Source: Octopus sinensis
Lineage: Eukaryota
Direction of reading: 5' to 3'
NCBI RefSeq assembly: GCF_006345805.1
Contig: NC_043010.1
Coordinates: 4,340,001-4,404,000 of the forward strand
DNA length: 64,000 nucleotides
In this document: positions 27,832 to 41,215 of the stretch, piece after piece
Position numbering within the stretch: the stretch's first letter is position 1
How the letters are laid out: each line of letters begins with the position of its first letter
Notes under the pieces: generated by a model
The model's database searches: none
What the model was told of the DNA's origin: nothing
The model's input: only the letters and a program-made list of their open reading frames with translations
Made by a program: the position numbers and the translations under genes

Positions 27832-27867
<36 letters not shown>

Positions 27868-28494
27868 CACTGAATAATATCCTTTATATGATGTAACAAA
27901 TGCAAATCAGCATCACTGAACTCTCATGGCTTGCCATGCTATTGACTACAGGTGAACTAGCAAGTATGAACACTGAATTTTAGAAGAAGAAGAAATATAT
28001 GGATTTGTATTAATATTAATTTCTTAAAAAGAAACCATCTTAGAATAATCCAAAAAAAGAAGCTACTATGTAAGTTAGCTGACCTTCTAGAAATACCTAC
28101 CAAATGTCCTTCAAACCACACCCTACCATCTTGAACAAAGAAAGATACATGATGATAATATGATGTAATTGTGTATAAACCACTGGGTATGCCCTGACAT
28201 GACTTCACCACTATTTGCTCTCTTTTCCAAATGGGGTAACCATGTATCTATCTCCCTTGTGGCAAGACACTTGTTCCTCTGTTTTGCTATTATATTTTAA
28301 CCCTTCATCACCTAACATAAAGCCACATCCAAAATAAAGTTGTGATAGTCACAACTGGAACACTTTTGAATATGTCTGCTTGTGAGACACACAACAACAG
28401 TAACAAAAGTTTCATCTTACAAAGATGCCTGTCTTGTACCTGTTGTGGTAAGAGCTGCCCTGGGGGGGGGGTTCTTTCCTGATGTCATTGGTTT

Positions 28495-28856
28495 ATTCTT
28501 TTATTCCTTTATTTGGTTCAGTCATTTGACTGTGGCCATGCTGGAGCACCACCTTTAGTCGAAGAAATCAACCCAGGACTTATTCTTTGTAAGCTTAGTA
28601 CTTATTCTATCAGTCTCTTTTGCTGAACCTCAAAGTTACAGGGATATAAACACACTAACATCAGTTGTCAAGCGGTGATGGGGGAACAAACTCAGACACA
28701 CACACACACACAATGGGCTTCTTTCAGTTTCTGTCTACCAAATCCACTCACAAGGCTTTGGTCGACCTGAAGCTATTTTAGAAGACAAGTTACCATGCAG
28801 GGGGACTGAACCCGGAACCATGTGTTTGAAAACAAGCTACTTACCACGCAGGCCAC
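28495..28856 (-). mobile_element. Family-A SINE
   Basis: Tail, short (CA)n and head in reverse orientation. Confidence 0.88.
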
Positions 28857-28887
28857 ACAATAGAAATAAAGTCACTGTCAGCTTTAA

Positions 28888-28960
28888 CCCTTTAGCATTC
28901 AGCTTACTTGGTCAAATGTAATGCTTACTTATAAACATATTTTTGAATTAATCAATTATG
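28888..28960. mobile_element. piggyBac-like MITE end (family P2), followed by a SINE
   Basis: TTAACCCTTTAGCATTCAG...AAATGTAATGCTTA. Confidence 0.65.
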
Positions 28961-28967
28961 ACTACAT

Positions 28968-29350
28968 AGGCGTAGGAGTGGATGTGTGGTAAGTAGCTTG
29001 CTTACAAACCACATGGTTCCAGGTTCAGTCTCACTGCGTGGCACCTTGGGCTTCCACTATAGCCTCAGGCCGACCAAAGCCTTGTAAGTGGATTTGGTTG
29101 ACGGAAACTGAAAGAAGTCCATCGTATATATGTATATATATATGTATGTGTCTGTGCCCCCCACCAACATCGCTTGACCACTGATGCTGGTGTGTTTACG
29201 TCCCCGTAACTTAGCAGTTCAGCAAAAGAGACCGATAGAATAAGTACTAGGCTTACAAAGAATAAGTCCTGAGGTTGATTTACTTGACTAAAGGTGGTGC
29301 TCCAGCATGGCCACAGTCAAATGACTGAATCAAGTAAAAGAGATAAAAGA
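28968..29350 (+). mobile_element. Family-A SINE, full length
   Basis: Head GGAGTGGATGTGTGGTAAGTAGC through tail AAGTAAAAGAGATAAAAGAG. Confidence 0.9.
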
Positions 29351-32094
29351 GACATCTATAGTATGTCCTTTCTCAGTAAATGTTTTCTATACTTTTTTAA
29401 TACATTAATAAACCAAACAAATACACTCTCTCCCATCCTCCTTCTCTCTCTCTAAAATCCCAAAATTTGGGTACAATTTTAGATCTCTGCAAACTTCATT
29501 TCAAAAATTGGTCATATTTTCTTTTGCACATTAGATTGATTTACATACCATCAGTAGATTAACAGTTTTACCAGTTTTACTGGCTAATAAAAAATAGATT
29601 AACAATGACTGTTTGTGATAAAATTACAAACTGTTCATTGGAATTAAAAGATTGCTCTCAGTGATTTGCATGGAAACAATTAGTGTAGGTCTTGAAGTAT
29701 TAATCTGTGTAACAAGAGAAAAATATGCAAGGTGGGGAGAAGGCCAACACTGCAAATACATTAAGATTCGATAAGGTCAGCGAATCTTGGGCATCGGTTG
29801 AGAACAGATACAGCTGATCAATGTTACATATGGACAACAGTTAAAATAACAAGCATTGGATATACAGTTTATAGGAAAAGGCATTATTGGTTGTGGGGCG
29901 ATGGTGGTGGCCATTGTTGTTGTAATGAGAGTCATGTCGAAGGTGGTGGTGGTGGCGATGAGGATGATGTATGTCATGAACAGAAAAATGTTTATAACTC
30001 CAACCAGCGGCAACTTAATAAATGCCAGCAAACTGCAGTCTCTGAGTCATGACAAACAGCATCAATCCTACTTATTTAATTCTTGGAGAGGATTTACTGG
30101 TGAACTGTGAGCAACAATATAGATTAAAAATCTGAAGTGAGCATATTAGAGTTTGGCTTGTGCGTTCGAGAAACCGCAGAAGGTCAATGATAATGCAGCA
30201 GTTGTCATATTCCTAGGAGACGTATGGACATTGTAGAAATTACTATTTTTTAAATGTGTGGAATAAATTTATTACTTGGTTATTAAAAGTTCATGGGAAA
30301 TTTATTAACGAATTTAAAAGGAATTTTCTGTTTTCCTTTTTCTTCTATTTTATTGAAAATTGAAAAGTACAATTAATAAAAAAAAAAAAACTTGAAACAT
30401 CTTAAATACATTGAATGTACAAAGAGTGTGAAGTTCAGTTTCAAGCTATATTATTTTACTTTTGTGATATACATACTAAATAGTTTTAATGTAATCAGGA
30501 ACCAGATGTCTGCTACCAACAAAAGATGTTTTAAAAATATAACAACCAGTGTGAATAATGATCAGTTTATCTTGTCATGAGGCCATTCCTATGAATGATG
30601 GTGAATACAGACTAGTAACTCAGAGAACTCGCAGATTTATTATGAATATAAAAAATGCAGTTGAGAATACGATTTACTATTTCCAAGACAATTACCAAAG
30701 TTCTTCTGCTGAGTTAAATCTATTGCAAACCACTTTGCTTTTGTCTAGCACAAATTTTGTTGCGTCTTCTTTGTTTTATTAGCAACCTTTGAAGTGTGAC
30801 AAGGCCTTTGAACATATCTGACAAGAGAAATCTTTTGCAAAGCTTCCTAATAATGAGTGACGTTGATGATTTTTACCCCAGAAATAAGACCTTTCTGCTA
30901 GACTGCCCCATTGCAGTGAGTGTGTGTGTGTGCCTGCGCCTCTCTGTGTGTGTGTGCCTGTGCCTGTGTGTGTGTGTGTGTGTGTGTGTGTTGACGGAAG
31001 GACTGTATGATCTCAGATCATTCAATCATCTCAGGTGTACATTAAGGCTCAGTCATCTGTCCTGCTCTTTTTTCTTTCTCTAAATTAAGGATCTCCATGC
31101 TACCGTATATTAATATACTTACAATATTCTATGCAGATGACACAAACTTATATCTTCCTTCACTGCCTCATCATAGTTCTCTTTCACATAAATTCCCAAT
31201 TCTTCCCTACAAGTATTCAAACCCTCATACATCGAAATTCAGCCAGTATCAACTCAAAATTTAATTTCAAGGGTTCGAGAAAATCAGTGCCCATAATATG
31301 AATGAATTAAAATTTCTATAGACTATACCACCATTTCCTACTCCAACAAAATCATGCACCCACGCACACACACACACACACATGCGTGAAATCACACACA
31401 CACACACACCATACCACACCACACATATACTCACACACACACACATATGTATATGTATGTATGTAGATATAAAATATATTGTTAGTCAGTCAAGGAGGAA
31501 AACAAAATAGGCATCATAAAGTTAGCTATATGTTTGTGAGCAAGCTTATAGAGGAATTTTGGGCAGGTATCTCTGCATTTCCATCAAACCTGATATTAGG
31601 AATGCCATGAAAATCATAACACTTCCTTTACTTCATCTTTAAAAATCTGAGTTTTTCTGATACCATAAATTCTTGAAATCGAGTTCAAACATACAAAGCA
31701 ATTACTAAATTAGAACATAACAGTAATAGCATATATTCATTATGTTTATTCACATAACCTATGTGTAATCACATATGTTCAACATGAAGGTAAGATCAAA
31801 TAACAACACATAGGATATATAAATTCTGTTTAATTCTTCATGGAATTAGTGGAGATATTTTAATGACTACACAATTAAATTCTTTGTTTGATTTGATTAA
31901 CGCCAAATTAATTGTTTAAAAGGAGAAAGATTATACAAGACAAGTGGTTTTAACTTATTGTTTTCATTTTAATTTCCTATGCTGAAAAATATTTACCACT
32001 AAGTTTAATATTTTCTCTTGAAAATTGCTCAAATAAAGAGAAAGTAATTTGCAAACAATATAAAATTGAAAATATTACAAAGTGTTGGTAGAGA

Positions 32095-32187
32095 ATTCCA
32101 TATACATAAATACTCATACATACGTACATACACATACATGCACACATACATACTTGCATGCATACATAGCCAAGTGGACATATGCAT

Positions 32188-32222
<35 letters not shown>

Positions 32223-32492
32223 CACATGAGTGTGTGTATGTGTATGTATATATATATGTATATATATATACATGAGTGTGTGTATGTGTATGTATATATA
32301 TATATATATATATATATACATGAGTGTGTGTATGTGTATCTATATATATGTATGTATATATATATATATATATATAATGAGTGTGTGTATGTGTATGTAT
32401 ATATATGTATATATATGTATATGTTATTTATAGATACATCCATACATACATATCCCTCAATATTTGCCCACATACACAGACATGTGCATGCG

Positions 32493-32543
<51 letters not shown>

Positions 32544-32550
32544 ACGAATA
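32095..32550. repeat. Compound microsatellite with a ~50-bp higher-order unit (CATGAGTGTGTGTATGTGTATG(TA)n, four copies)
   Basis: Units start near 32225, 32271, 32319 and 32378. Confidence 0.85.
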
Positions 32551-32890
32551 CACAAAGATACATAAAAATCACTGAGTAAGTAAAGATAGTTGTTTTACAA
32601 ACAGGCCAACGACGTACCATTATTTATAAAATAATGAATGAAGTGTGACACCAAAGAGTGCAAATGTCAAAATGTAATCAATTAATCTTTTTAATTACAT
32701 ACTCACTCTCATATTTTCTATGAAAACTTATTATTTATTGACTGCCATTTCAATTCGTTTCGCTCCCCCGCCATTTCCTTTTCTCTCTGTCTTTACTTTC
32801 TCCTTCTTTCAGTTTCTCTATATCCCCACCACCACCACCACCACCACCACCACCACCACCACCACCTCCTTGTTTTTCTCTTTCTACTTT

Positions 32891-32928
<38 letters not shown>

Positions 32929-33107
32929 TCTCTCTCTCTTTTTTTCCTTCACAAAATTTCAGGGTGCACAACCAATGAAATAGCTTTACAGCAAAATTAT
33001 AAAATGGAAAAAATTGCAATATAAACTTCAGTGACAAATCTCTCCATCACCATCACCACCCTTGATTAAATTGTATATTATTTACAATGATTTCAGAATA
33101 ACTCCTG

Positions 33108-33146
<39 letters not shown>

Positions 33147-33437
33147 TGCGTTCATGTTTATTTGGACAGACACGTTCATTCTCTTCCCACACACACACGT
33201 ATGCACGCATTATCTTGTAGCTGACTCTGAATTAAATTTAATATCTATATCTAAAAGAAAAACATATTAAAAAATATTAATTATCTCTCATAAATATGAC
33301 AATATGACAAACACAGTCAATTGTTTGACAGAGATATTCATCAATGAGAGTTTAGCGTGACTGACCTGGAAGTAGTTTTCTAGGATTTTAGTAGTTTCTT
33401 CATAGACAGCTATGTTCACACACACACACACACATAT

Positions 33438-33706
33438 GAAAGCGCAAGGCTCAGTGGTTAGAGCGTCGAGCTTACGATCGTGAGGTTGTGAGCTCGAATC
33501 CCGGACCGGGCTGCATGTTGTGTTCTTGAGCAAGACACTTTATTTCACGTTGCTCCAGTTCACTCTGCTGTAGAAATGAGTTGCGACGTCACTGGTGCCA
33601 AGCGACTGCTGGTCTTCCATAAACAACCTTGCCCGGACTTGTGTCTAGGAGGGTAACTTTCTAGGTGCAATCCCATGGTCATTCATGACCGAAGGGGGTC
33701 TTTATA
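33438..33706 (+). mobile_element. Meta-domain-type tRNA SINE
   Basis: tRNA-like head GGCTCAGTGGTTAGAGCG...TCGAATCCC, then TGTTCTTGAGCAAGACACTT...CTCCAGTTCACTCTGCTGTAGAAATGAGT. Confidence 0.82.
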
Positions 33707-33944
33707 CACTCATATATATGTATATAGATATAAGCATGTAGACATACATATACAGATATATGTGTGTGTATTCATTTAAAATTATTATTTTAAAGCAAGT
33801 TTAAGAATAACAGAAAATTTATATGATGGAACAGCACAATACTAAAACTAGAGGTAAATTTATTATGAGACTTTTTTGGTGGGGTTTCAAATTTTGCCTG
33901 GTGTCTTATTGAATCGGTCATGCGCATGTATGTAGGCATCATCG

Positions 33945-34330
33945 TCCTCATCATCATTTATTGTCCGCTTTCCATGCTGGCATTGGTTGGGCAGCTTGAT
34001 TGAGGACTTGCAAGCCAGGAGGCTGCACCAGGCTCTGATCCGATCCAGCAAAGCTTCTACAGCTGGATGCCCTTCCTAACGCCAACCATTCCAAGAGTGT
34101 AGTGGGTGTCTTTTATGTGCAACCAGCATGGGGGCCTGTCAAGCGGCATTGGCATCGACCACACTCAAATGGTGCTTTTTACATGCCATTGGCACAGGTG
34201 CTAGTCAGGTGGCACTGGCATTGACCATGCTCGAATGGTGCTTTCTACGTGCCACCAGCACAAGAGCCAGTCAGGTGGCACCGGCATCGACCATGCTCAA
34301 ATGGTGCTTTTTATGTGCCACTGTCACGTG
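33945..34330 (-). mobile_element. RTE LINE 3' UTR with three to four ~62-bp units
   Basis: GCTGGATGCCCTTCCTAACGCCAACC followed by repeated GACCA(C/T)(A/G)CTC(A/G)AATGGTGCTTT. Confidence 0.75.
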
Positions 34331-34902
34331 TGTGGTGTGTGTGTGTGGGAATGTCCATATTTGTTTGTGTCTCCATGTTTTTGACATTGTCAACATTCAA
34401 GAGATGTCCTTTGTTAATGAATCTTCGGTGGAAACAGATCAAGCCATGAGGAAATATTACCTTACTTGGAAACAAGTGAGGTTCTCTCAGGTGAAGTAGA
34501 TGCATTAGTCTTCCCACAGACATGACAATTTCTGTAGTTGGTGCCAGGATAAATTGCACCCTTAGCATACTCTGGGAAATGGTTGGCATTAGAAAGAGCA
34601 TCAAGCTGCAGAAGCCATGCAAATATGAAGTATAAAAGCAAAGTATAGGCCCTGAACCATCTAGGAGATTAGTAAATTAAAATAAGATGACAATGGCAAT
34701 AATGATGATAATGATGATGGTGATGATGATATATGTATTTGTGTGCATTTTTGTTTGTGCCTATGTTTACATATTCAAGTAATCCAAGAGATCCTGTAAA
34801 CACTCCCTATGTAAACTGGTATGTTGAGTTGTATCATTTTATATCAAAAATAGAAAGTTTGTCATTTGAAGAATAGACACCAACAAAATATTTACCAAGT
34901 CA

Positions 34903-35300
34903 TGGGAGTGGCTGTGTGGTAAGTAGCTTGCTTACGAACTACAGGTTCAGTCCCACTGTGTATCACCTTGGGCAAGTGTCTTCTACTATAGCCTCAGGCC
35001 AACCAAAGCCTTGTTAGTGGATTTGGTAGACGGAAACTGAAAGAAGCCCGTTGTATATATATATATATATGTATGTTTGTGTGTGTATACGTTTGTGTGT
35101 CTGTGTTTGTCCCCCCAACATCACTTGACAACCGATGCTGGTGTGTTTACATCCCCATAACTTAGCGGTTTGGCAAAAGAGACTGATAGAATAAGTACTA
35201 GGCTTACAAAGAATAAGTCCTGGGGATTGATTTGCTTGACTAAAGGCGGTGCTCCAGCATGGCTACAGTCAAACGACTGAAACAAGTAAAAAAAATAAAA
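34903..35300 (+). mobile_element. Family-A SINE, full length
   Basis: Same head, microsatellite and tail. Confidence 0.9.
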
Positions 35301-36661
35301 AAGCTAAAATAAGTAGTTGAGTCAAAATGACCACCCATTGATGATGGAACCCCAACATGATTTTACAGTCGAATAACAAAAACAAACAAAAGAGGAGTAA
35401 ATGTTTATAATTATGCATAACATTTTCTTTAACCTTCCATATTGTAGCTAATTGCTATGTTAATTTCGCTGACAAAATAGGTTAGGAAAAATTCATTGTG
35501 AAATTGGTGACAGAATTAGCTTCAGTAAACAGAACTGAAACCAGTTTTAAAAAGGAAATCTTTTTATCAACTGAACAATGAATTGTAAGATAGAGAATAT
35601 TAATGATATTATCAACTTCCTTTTATCAAATATGTTTCAGCCTCAATAGAGAAGAATATGGTGTTGGTGGTAGCTTGTGGTTTTCGTCGATAAAATGTTG
35701 AAGTTAGAAATATAGGAAATAGGCACTATTTTAGTGTTTCCGGCTGTAACATTATTGTGCTCATCTGCTAGTTGTTAATTAGTGAGTGAGAACTAAAATG
35801 CCATACTCCTAAATCAATGACTAATTTCCTCAGTTCCTGATTTTAGTGCTAGCATTCAGCATGACAGGTTTGAGGTTGATCTTGTCTGGTGTGGAAAATA
35901 AATAAATAAATAAATAAATAAAATAATAATAATAAACAGTAATAGAAGAATAAAAAAAAAAGTAATAAAATAATCATAATATTCTAACACATTAGAAAAA
36001 CTCACAGTCACTTTTAAACATCGAGGATAAAAAAAAAGTATTAAAACATTAATTTTAAATGTCATAAAATATCTGCTACACATTGGTAACATTAAGGAAG
36101 TGAAATGTGTGAAAATCAATCAATTTTCCAGCTACAATCCCTTCCAAAGACTGGAAGCAGACATACAAAATGGAGTGTATGGAATATATTTATTTTAAAT
36201 GAAATGTAGCTTATTTCTAAATAAAAGCTTGTTTCATGAGGAGATATTTAAATATCATACAACTTAGGAGAAGAAATTTGCACATTTTTCTTTTCTTTTT
36301 TTTTTTCTTTTTATTTTTGCATTTGCAATATCTTTAAAGTTACACTGTGACAGGCAGCCTCATCACCAATAAAATATTAATAGAAATATTTATGTAAACT
36401 TTCACTAAAGCATTATTTTCATGAGAATTATCCCCACCCACCACCACCACCACTATACCGAAAGGTGAGATATTACCTATCACAACTTTTCAGGTGCTGG
36501 TTATAAATCATGAAACATTAGCTTAAACAAGTATTCGATAGAATTTTACATTGTGGATATGACATTTACTTAAATGCTTTTTGCTTTTCTCAAAACACTG
36601 CACCCATGGCACCTAGCAGGGCCTCTTATAACTAGGGAGAGAATAGGAGGAAGTTAGTCTC

Positions 36662-37015
36662 AGGTGCCAGCATGGCTGTGTGGTTAGAGGCTTGCTTCCC
36701 AACCAAGTGGTCTTGAGTTCGGTTCCACTGTATGAAACTTTGGGCAAATGTCTTCCACTATAGTTCCAGCTGAACAAAAATTGAAAGAAGCCCATTATAT
36801 ACATATATGCATGCATGTATGTATAAAATGTATGTCTGTCTTTGTGTTTGTCCCCATCATTGCCTGACAACCGTTGTGGGTTTGTTTCCATTTAGGAAAA
36901 AAGAGACCAACAGAATAACTACCTGACTTTAAAATAGTATTGGGGACCCATTCAGGGTAGTGCCCTAGCATGGCCACAGTCTTAAGACTGAAACAAGAAA
37001 TGGATAAAAGAAAGC
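36662..37015 (+). mobile_element. Old, diverged family-A SINE
   Basis: GGCTGTGTGGTTAGAGG head through CTAGCATGGCCACAGTC...GACTGAAACAAG tail. Confidence 0.7.
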
Positions 37016-37068
37016 ACTTTTTCATTTAGTGAAACTTGCAAAAGTTACCCATGAACAAGGTTAACTTG

Positions 37069-37371
37069 TTGTGTCTGAGGAGAGTCATTTTCTTTTTGTA
37101 CCTTATAATATAACACACTCACCAGTAAAATTTCCACATTTTTCTTATTTTATTTTCCTAAAATTTTCGTCACATCTTGCAACCTTTTCAATAGTTTTGA
37201 GTCAAAACGAAAAGTTTAGGAAAATAAAAATAAGAAAAAAGTGGAAATTTTACCGGTGAGTGTTATATTATAAGGCCCTAAAAGAAAATGACTCTCCCCA
37301 GACACAACAGAATATGCTTCAACACACGAACTCATATAAAGAATCTTGCAAACCAAATTCAAAAACGAAAT
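37069..37371. mobile_element. Fold-back insertion (arms of about 105 bp, 36-nt loop) flanked by a 12-bp TSD; Penelope-like
   Basis: Arms at 37067-37170 and 37207-37309; AAGGTTAACTTG at 37057-37068 and 37372-37383. Confidence 0.82.
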
Positions 37372-37869
37372 AAGGTTAACTTGGGAAATGGTTTAATACT
37401 ATCAGCCAAGATCTGGAACTTTCCTTTTGTTGATCTTCCACACAGTTTATATCTACAAAATCCTATTCATGAAACTTTGATTAATTTCTTTACTATTATT
37501 TGATTCTGGTTGGAATCAAAGTGTTTTGATAATTTGAGTTACATCTAATATAAACCAATTCCACATTGCTACAGGGATAGCTGTGCACTTAAAGAAGCTA
37601 ACTTCACAGTCTTCTGCTATGAATCTCAGTTTTTTACCAATACCCTGTGAGTGGAATTTGAAACTGAATAGAAGCCTACCATCATCCACTGCTACCGCTC
37701 CCACTGCAACCACCACTATTGTCACCAGCGCCACTGTTGCTGTCTTCTTCTTCTTCTTCTTCCAATCAGAACCTACGCCTTTAGCCACAAAGAGGATTCG
37801 CAATCTAGACTAGAGTCTGAAAGTTTAGCACACCATAGTGGGCTACACCATGGTTCCTTTGCTTTGTGG

Positions 37870-38065
37870 CAGAAGTAGGAAGAAAGCGTGAGAGAAAGTT
37901 GTGGTGAAAGAGTACAGCAGGGTTCTCCACTACCCCCGCTGGAGCCTCATCGAGCTTAGGTGTTTTTGCTCAATAAACACTCACAATGCCTGGTCTGGGA
38001 ATTGAAACCGCGTTCTTACGACCATGAGTCTGCTGCCCTAACCACTGGGCCATTGCGCTTCCACT
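37870..38065 (-). mobile_element. Family-C SINE, 5' half
   Basis: Matches 21640-21816 (GAGAGAAAGTTGTGGTGAAAGAGTAC...CCACTGGGCCATTGCG). Confidence 0.85.
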
Positions 38066-38134
38066 CACTGTTGCTGCTGTTGTTACCACCATCATTGTCA
38101 CCATAATCATCATCATCATCATTATCATTATTTT

Positions 38135-38703
38135 ACATTTAGCATTTAAACTGGCCATATCTGGTCAAAATATTCTGCCTCTTTTATGCTCAAACTGGCC
38201 AGATCCAGCATCTCATACCCACCCTATAATGTCATGGGAAAAATAAACGATCACATCATAGAAATGATCATGCATGATTAATTTAAGACAATGTGAATAA
38301 ATAAGCATTACATTTGTATTGCTTATTTATTATACTAGCAGTATTGCCCGGCGTTGCTCGGGTTTGTAAGGGAAATAACTATATAAGCATTTTTAGAGAG
38401 TTATAGCCAAAAAATAGCAAAAAATGCATTGAAAATGGAAAAAAAATGATGGTAAATTTTTTTTAAATCGTAGACTCATCATAGATGCGCGCTAATACCC
38501 AGAAGGGCTCGATATGAATCACGACTATAAGATACCCGCTTTTGGTTAAACTGCACCGCAAAATGTGGGAGTAGTTAGGAATCTAAATCGTAGGAGACAG
38601 ACAGCACACAACTTCACTTTTATATATAAAGATATGTAATAAGCATTACATTTATATTGCTTATTTATTATATATGCTCAGTGTAATCTGAGTTCTAAAG
38701 GGT
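38135..38703. mobile_element. piggyBac-like MITE (P2) carrying a nested Helitron
   Basis: TTTAGCATTTAAACTGGCCATATC start and CTAAAGGG|TTAA end, matching 46200-46421. Confidence 0.78.
38335..38632 (-). mobile_element. Non-autonomous Helitron
   Basis: On the minus strand: A|TCTTTATATATAAAAG start, subterminal hairpin CCCGAGCAACGCCGGG, CTAG|T end, inserted between A and T. Confidence 0.85.
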
Positions 38704-39227
38704 TAACAACCATTTTTTTACCCTTGCTTGTGTAGCTTGGACAATCCTTCTTAAGCACAATGTCTTGCGATTTATATAGTAGTTTATTGTAGTTTTTTCA
38801 TAATAAAGTGAAAAGTGGTGCTAACAGCCTGCATCAGTTCTTTCTATCTTTTCTGGTCTTCTAAGTTTCTTTCACTTGAATTCCTCGTTACTTCTTTACC
38901 GAGATAGAAGGGCTTCATTGTTGTCAGTATCATTGTTGTGGTAATGGTGTCTCGTACTTTTCAATATAGGAGTGGAGAACGTTGGCGTTTGAATCACAAT
39001 TCATTGTCTGTTGCATTTGTACAGCATCCAGTAGGGAAAGCATATATAGAACATCTAGCTGTTACAGAACACAATAATAATTTGCAGCAGCAGTAATTAT
39101 TCACTTAGCTTAAGTTTGGCACCATCGTTTGGTGCATTCTCCAAGAGAAAATGTGAATAATGTGTCTACCATTCATAATATCAGTCATACAGATGTATAT
39201 TTTCTAGCAATTAAGAGAAACCTTTAA

Positions 39228-39516
39228 CCCGTTCATATCCAGCCCAAATATTCTATCTCCTTTATGTTCCAACCAGCCTCTCACACCTACCATACTCTTT
39301 ATTCTTTTACTCTTTTACTTGTTTCAGTCATGTGGCTGTGGCCATGCTGGAGCACCGCCTTTAGCCGAGCAAATCGACCCCTGGACTTATTCTTTGTAAG
39401 CCTAGTACTTATTCTATTGGTCACTTTTTTCCAAACCGCTATGTTAAGGGGACATAAACACACCAGCATCAGCTGTCAAGGGATGTTGCGGGGTGAGGAC
39501 AGACACACAAACATAT

Positions 39517-39596
<80 letters not shown>

Positions 39597-39870
39597 CACG
39601 ATGGGCTTCTTTCAGTTTCCATCCACCAAATCCACTCACAAGGCTTTGGTCAGCCCGAGGCTATTGTAGAAGACACTTGCCCAAGGTGCCATGCACTGGG
39701 ACTGAACCCAGAACCATGTTGTTCATAAGCAAGCTACTTACCACACAGCCACATTCTAAAAACAAACAACCAAATTATTAAAATCATGAAGTTATAAGAT
39801 AATGACTGATTAATTCAAAACAGTGTGAATAAATAAGCATTACACTTAATAAGAGTAATCTGAATGCTAA
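39228..39870. mobile_element. Degenerate P2 MITE with a nested family-A SINE (39293-39752, minus)
   Basis: MITE halves flank a complete reverse-oriented SINE. Confidence 0.75.
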
Positions 39871-39949
39871 AGAGATAAACAAGAGTTAGTTTCTGCATTG
39901 TAAGACTTAGCAAAAACAGGTCCTTTTTTTAAATTTATGCCTTCAGTAT

Positions 39950-40088
39950 CATCATCATCATCATCATCGTTTAACGTCCATTTTCCGCGCTAGCACGGGT
40001 TGGACGGTTCGACCTGGGTCTGGGAAGCCAGGGGCTGCACCAGGCTCCAGTCTGATCTGTCAGTGTTTCTACAGCTGGATGCCCTTCT
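39950..40088 (-). mobile_element. RTE LINE 3' tail fragment
   Basis: (CAT)nCGTTTAACGTCC...CAGCTGGATGCCCTTC. Confidence 0.8.
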
Positions 40089-40164
40089 GTATATTTATAT
40101 GAAATCAGTAAATGCAAACTATACACGATATTTCCATTTTTAAAATATTGACTTTTACAACATC

Positions 40165-40412
40165 CCTCGGCGTGTGGCTTAGTGGTTAGGGCGTCAGCAT
40201 TATGATCGTAAGATTGTGGTTTCGATACCTGGACTGGGCGATGCGTTGTGTTCTTGAGCAAAACACTTCATTTCACGTTGCTCCAGTCCACTCAGCTGAC
40301 AAAAATGAGTAAGGCTGTGATGGACTGGCGTCCCGTCCAGCTGGGGAGCACATACGTCATAGAAACCGTGAAACTGGGCCCATGAGCCTGGCTAGGCTTT
40401 AAAAGGGCGCAT
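40165..40412 (+). mobile_element. Meta-domain-type tRNA SINE, second subfamily
   Basis: GGCTTAGTGGTTAGGGCG head, then TGTTCTTGAGCAAAACACTT...CTCCAGTCCACTCAGCTG. Confidence 0.82.
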
Positions 40413-40629
40413 TAAGATTAATTACAACATCCCTTAGCATTATTATGTAAAATAAGGCCAAACACTTGTTGATTTGAATCGCACACCCATGTTATGCAGC
40501 TTTTCTTTTAGATAATCTTCAATTGTTCATTTTTCAAACTAAATCATAAACTAATACATGTCCTTAAAAGAAATAACAGTGAGGTTATTCCAGAATTTAA
40601 TGTCTTCCAGCATTCTGTTGCAACTACAA

Positions 40630-41215
40630 TTTCAAGGAACAGAAATTGTGGGGGGAATCTGTGGAAGGAGTCGACCCAAGAAGATGTTGAACAAGGTGGT
40701 AAGAAAGGATTTCCAGATGCTGGACCTCACTGGGGACATGATGAGGAAACAAGACTTTTAGCAATTTGTTGTGCTTGAGAAGATATGTCAAACTAAATAT
40801 AATTGTGGCCACCCATGCATACTGGCAAGTCTTTTATGGCCCATGCTGGCACCACGTAAAAAGCACTTGTGCCACTGCCATGTAGATAGCTCTCATGTTG
40901 GCACCATGTGAACAACACTTGTGTTCATGCCATGTAAAAAAACACTCATGCTGGCACCACATAAAGAGCACTCTTGCTGGTGCCATGGGAAAAGTATTCA
41001 TGCTGGTGCCACATAAAAGCACCTATACCGCTGCCACGTAAAAAAAACAAAAAACCCGCACACTCTGTAAAGTGTTTGGCAATAGGAAGGGTGTCCAGAT
41101 ATAGAAACCAGGCCAAAACAGGCAAATGGAGCCGGGACAGCTCTCTGGCTGGCCAGTTGCTGTGAAACTGTCTAACCCATGCCAGCATAGAAAACAGACA
41201 TTTAAACGATGACGA
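40630..41215 (+). mobile_element. RTE LINE 3' end: ORF C-terminus, short-unit repeat UTR and tail
   Basis: VGGICGRSRPKKMLNKVVRKDFQMLDL resembles the RTE GRPKKTW..V..D motif; CATGCTGG(C/T)(A/G)CCA units; AACCCATGCCAGCAT tail. Confidence 0.75.

Noticed and set aside
27580-27835. Degenerate ~185-bp-period direct duplication
   Set aside because: Short, diverged and typical of local slippage; no sign of function.
33438-33515. tRNA-like sequences (also at 21740-21816 and 40165-40240)
   Set aside because: They continue directly into SINE bodies and lack a clear acceptor stem; they are SINE heads, not tRNA genes.
38960-39070. 42-codon phase-0 minus frame after TTCTGTAACAG
   Set aside because: No recognisable motif, and the length is plausible by chance in 59 kb.
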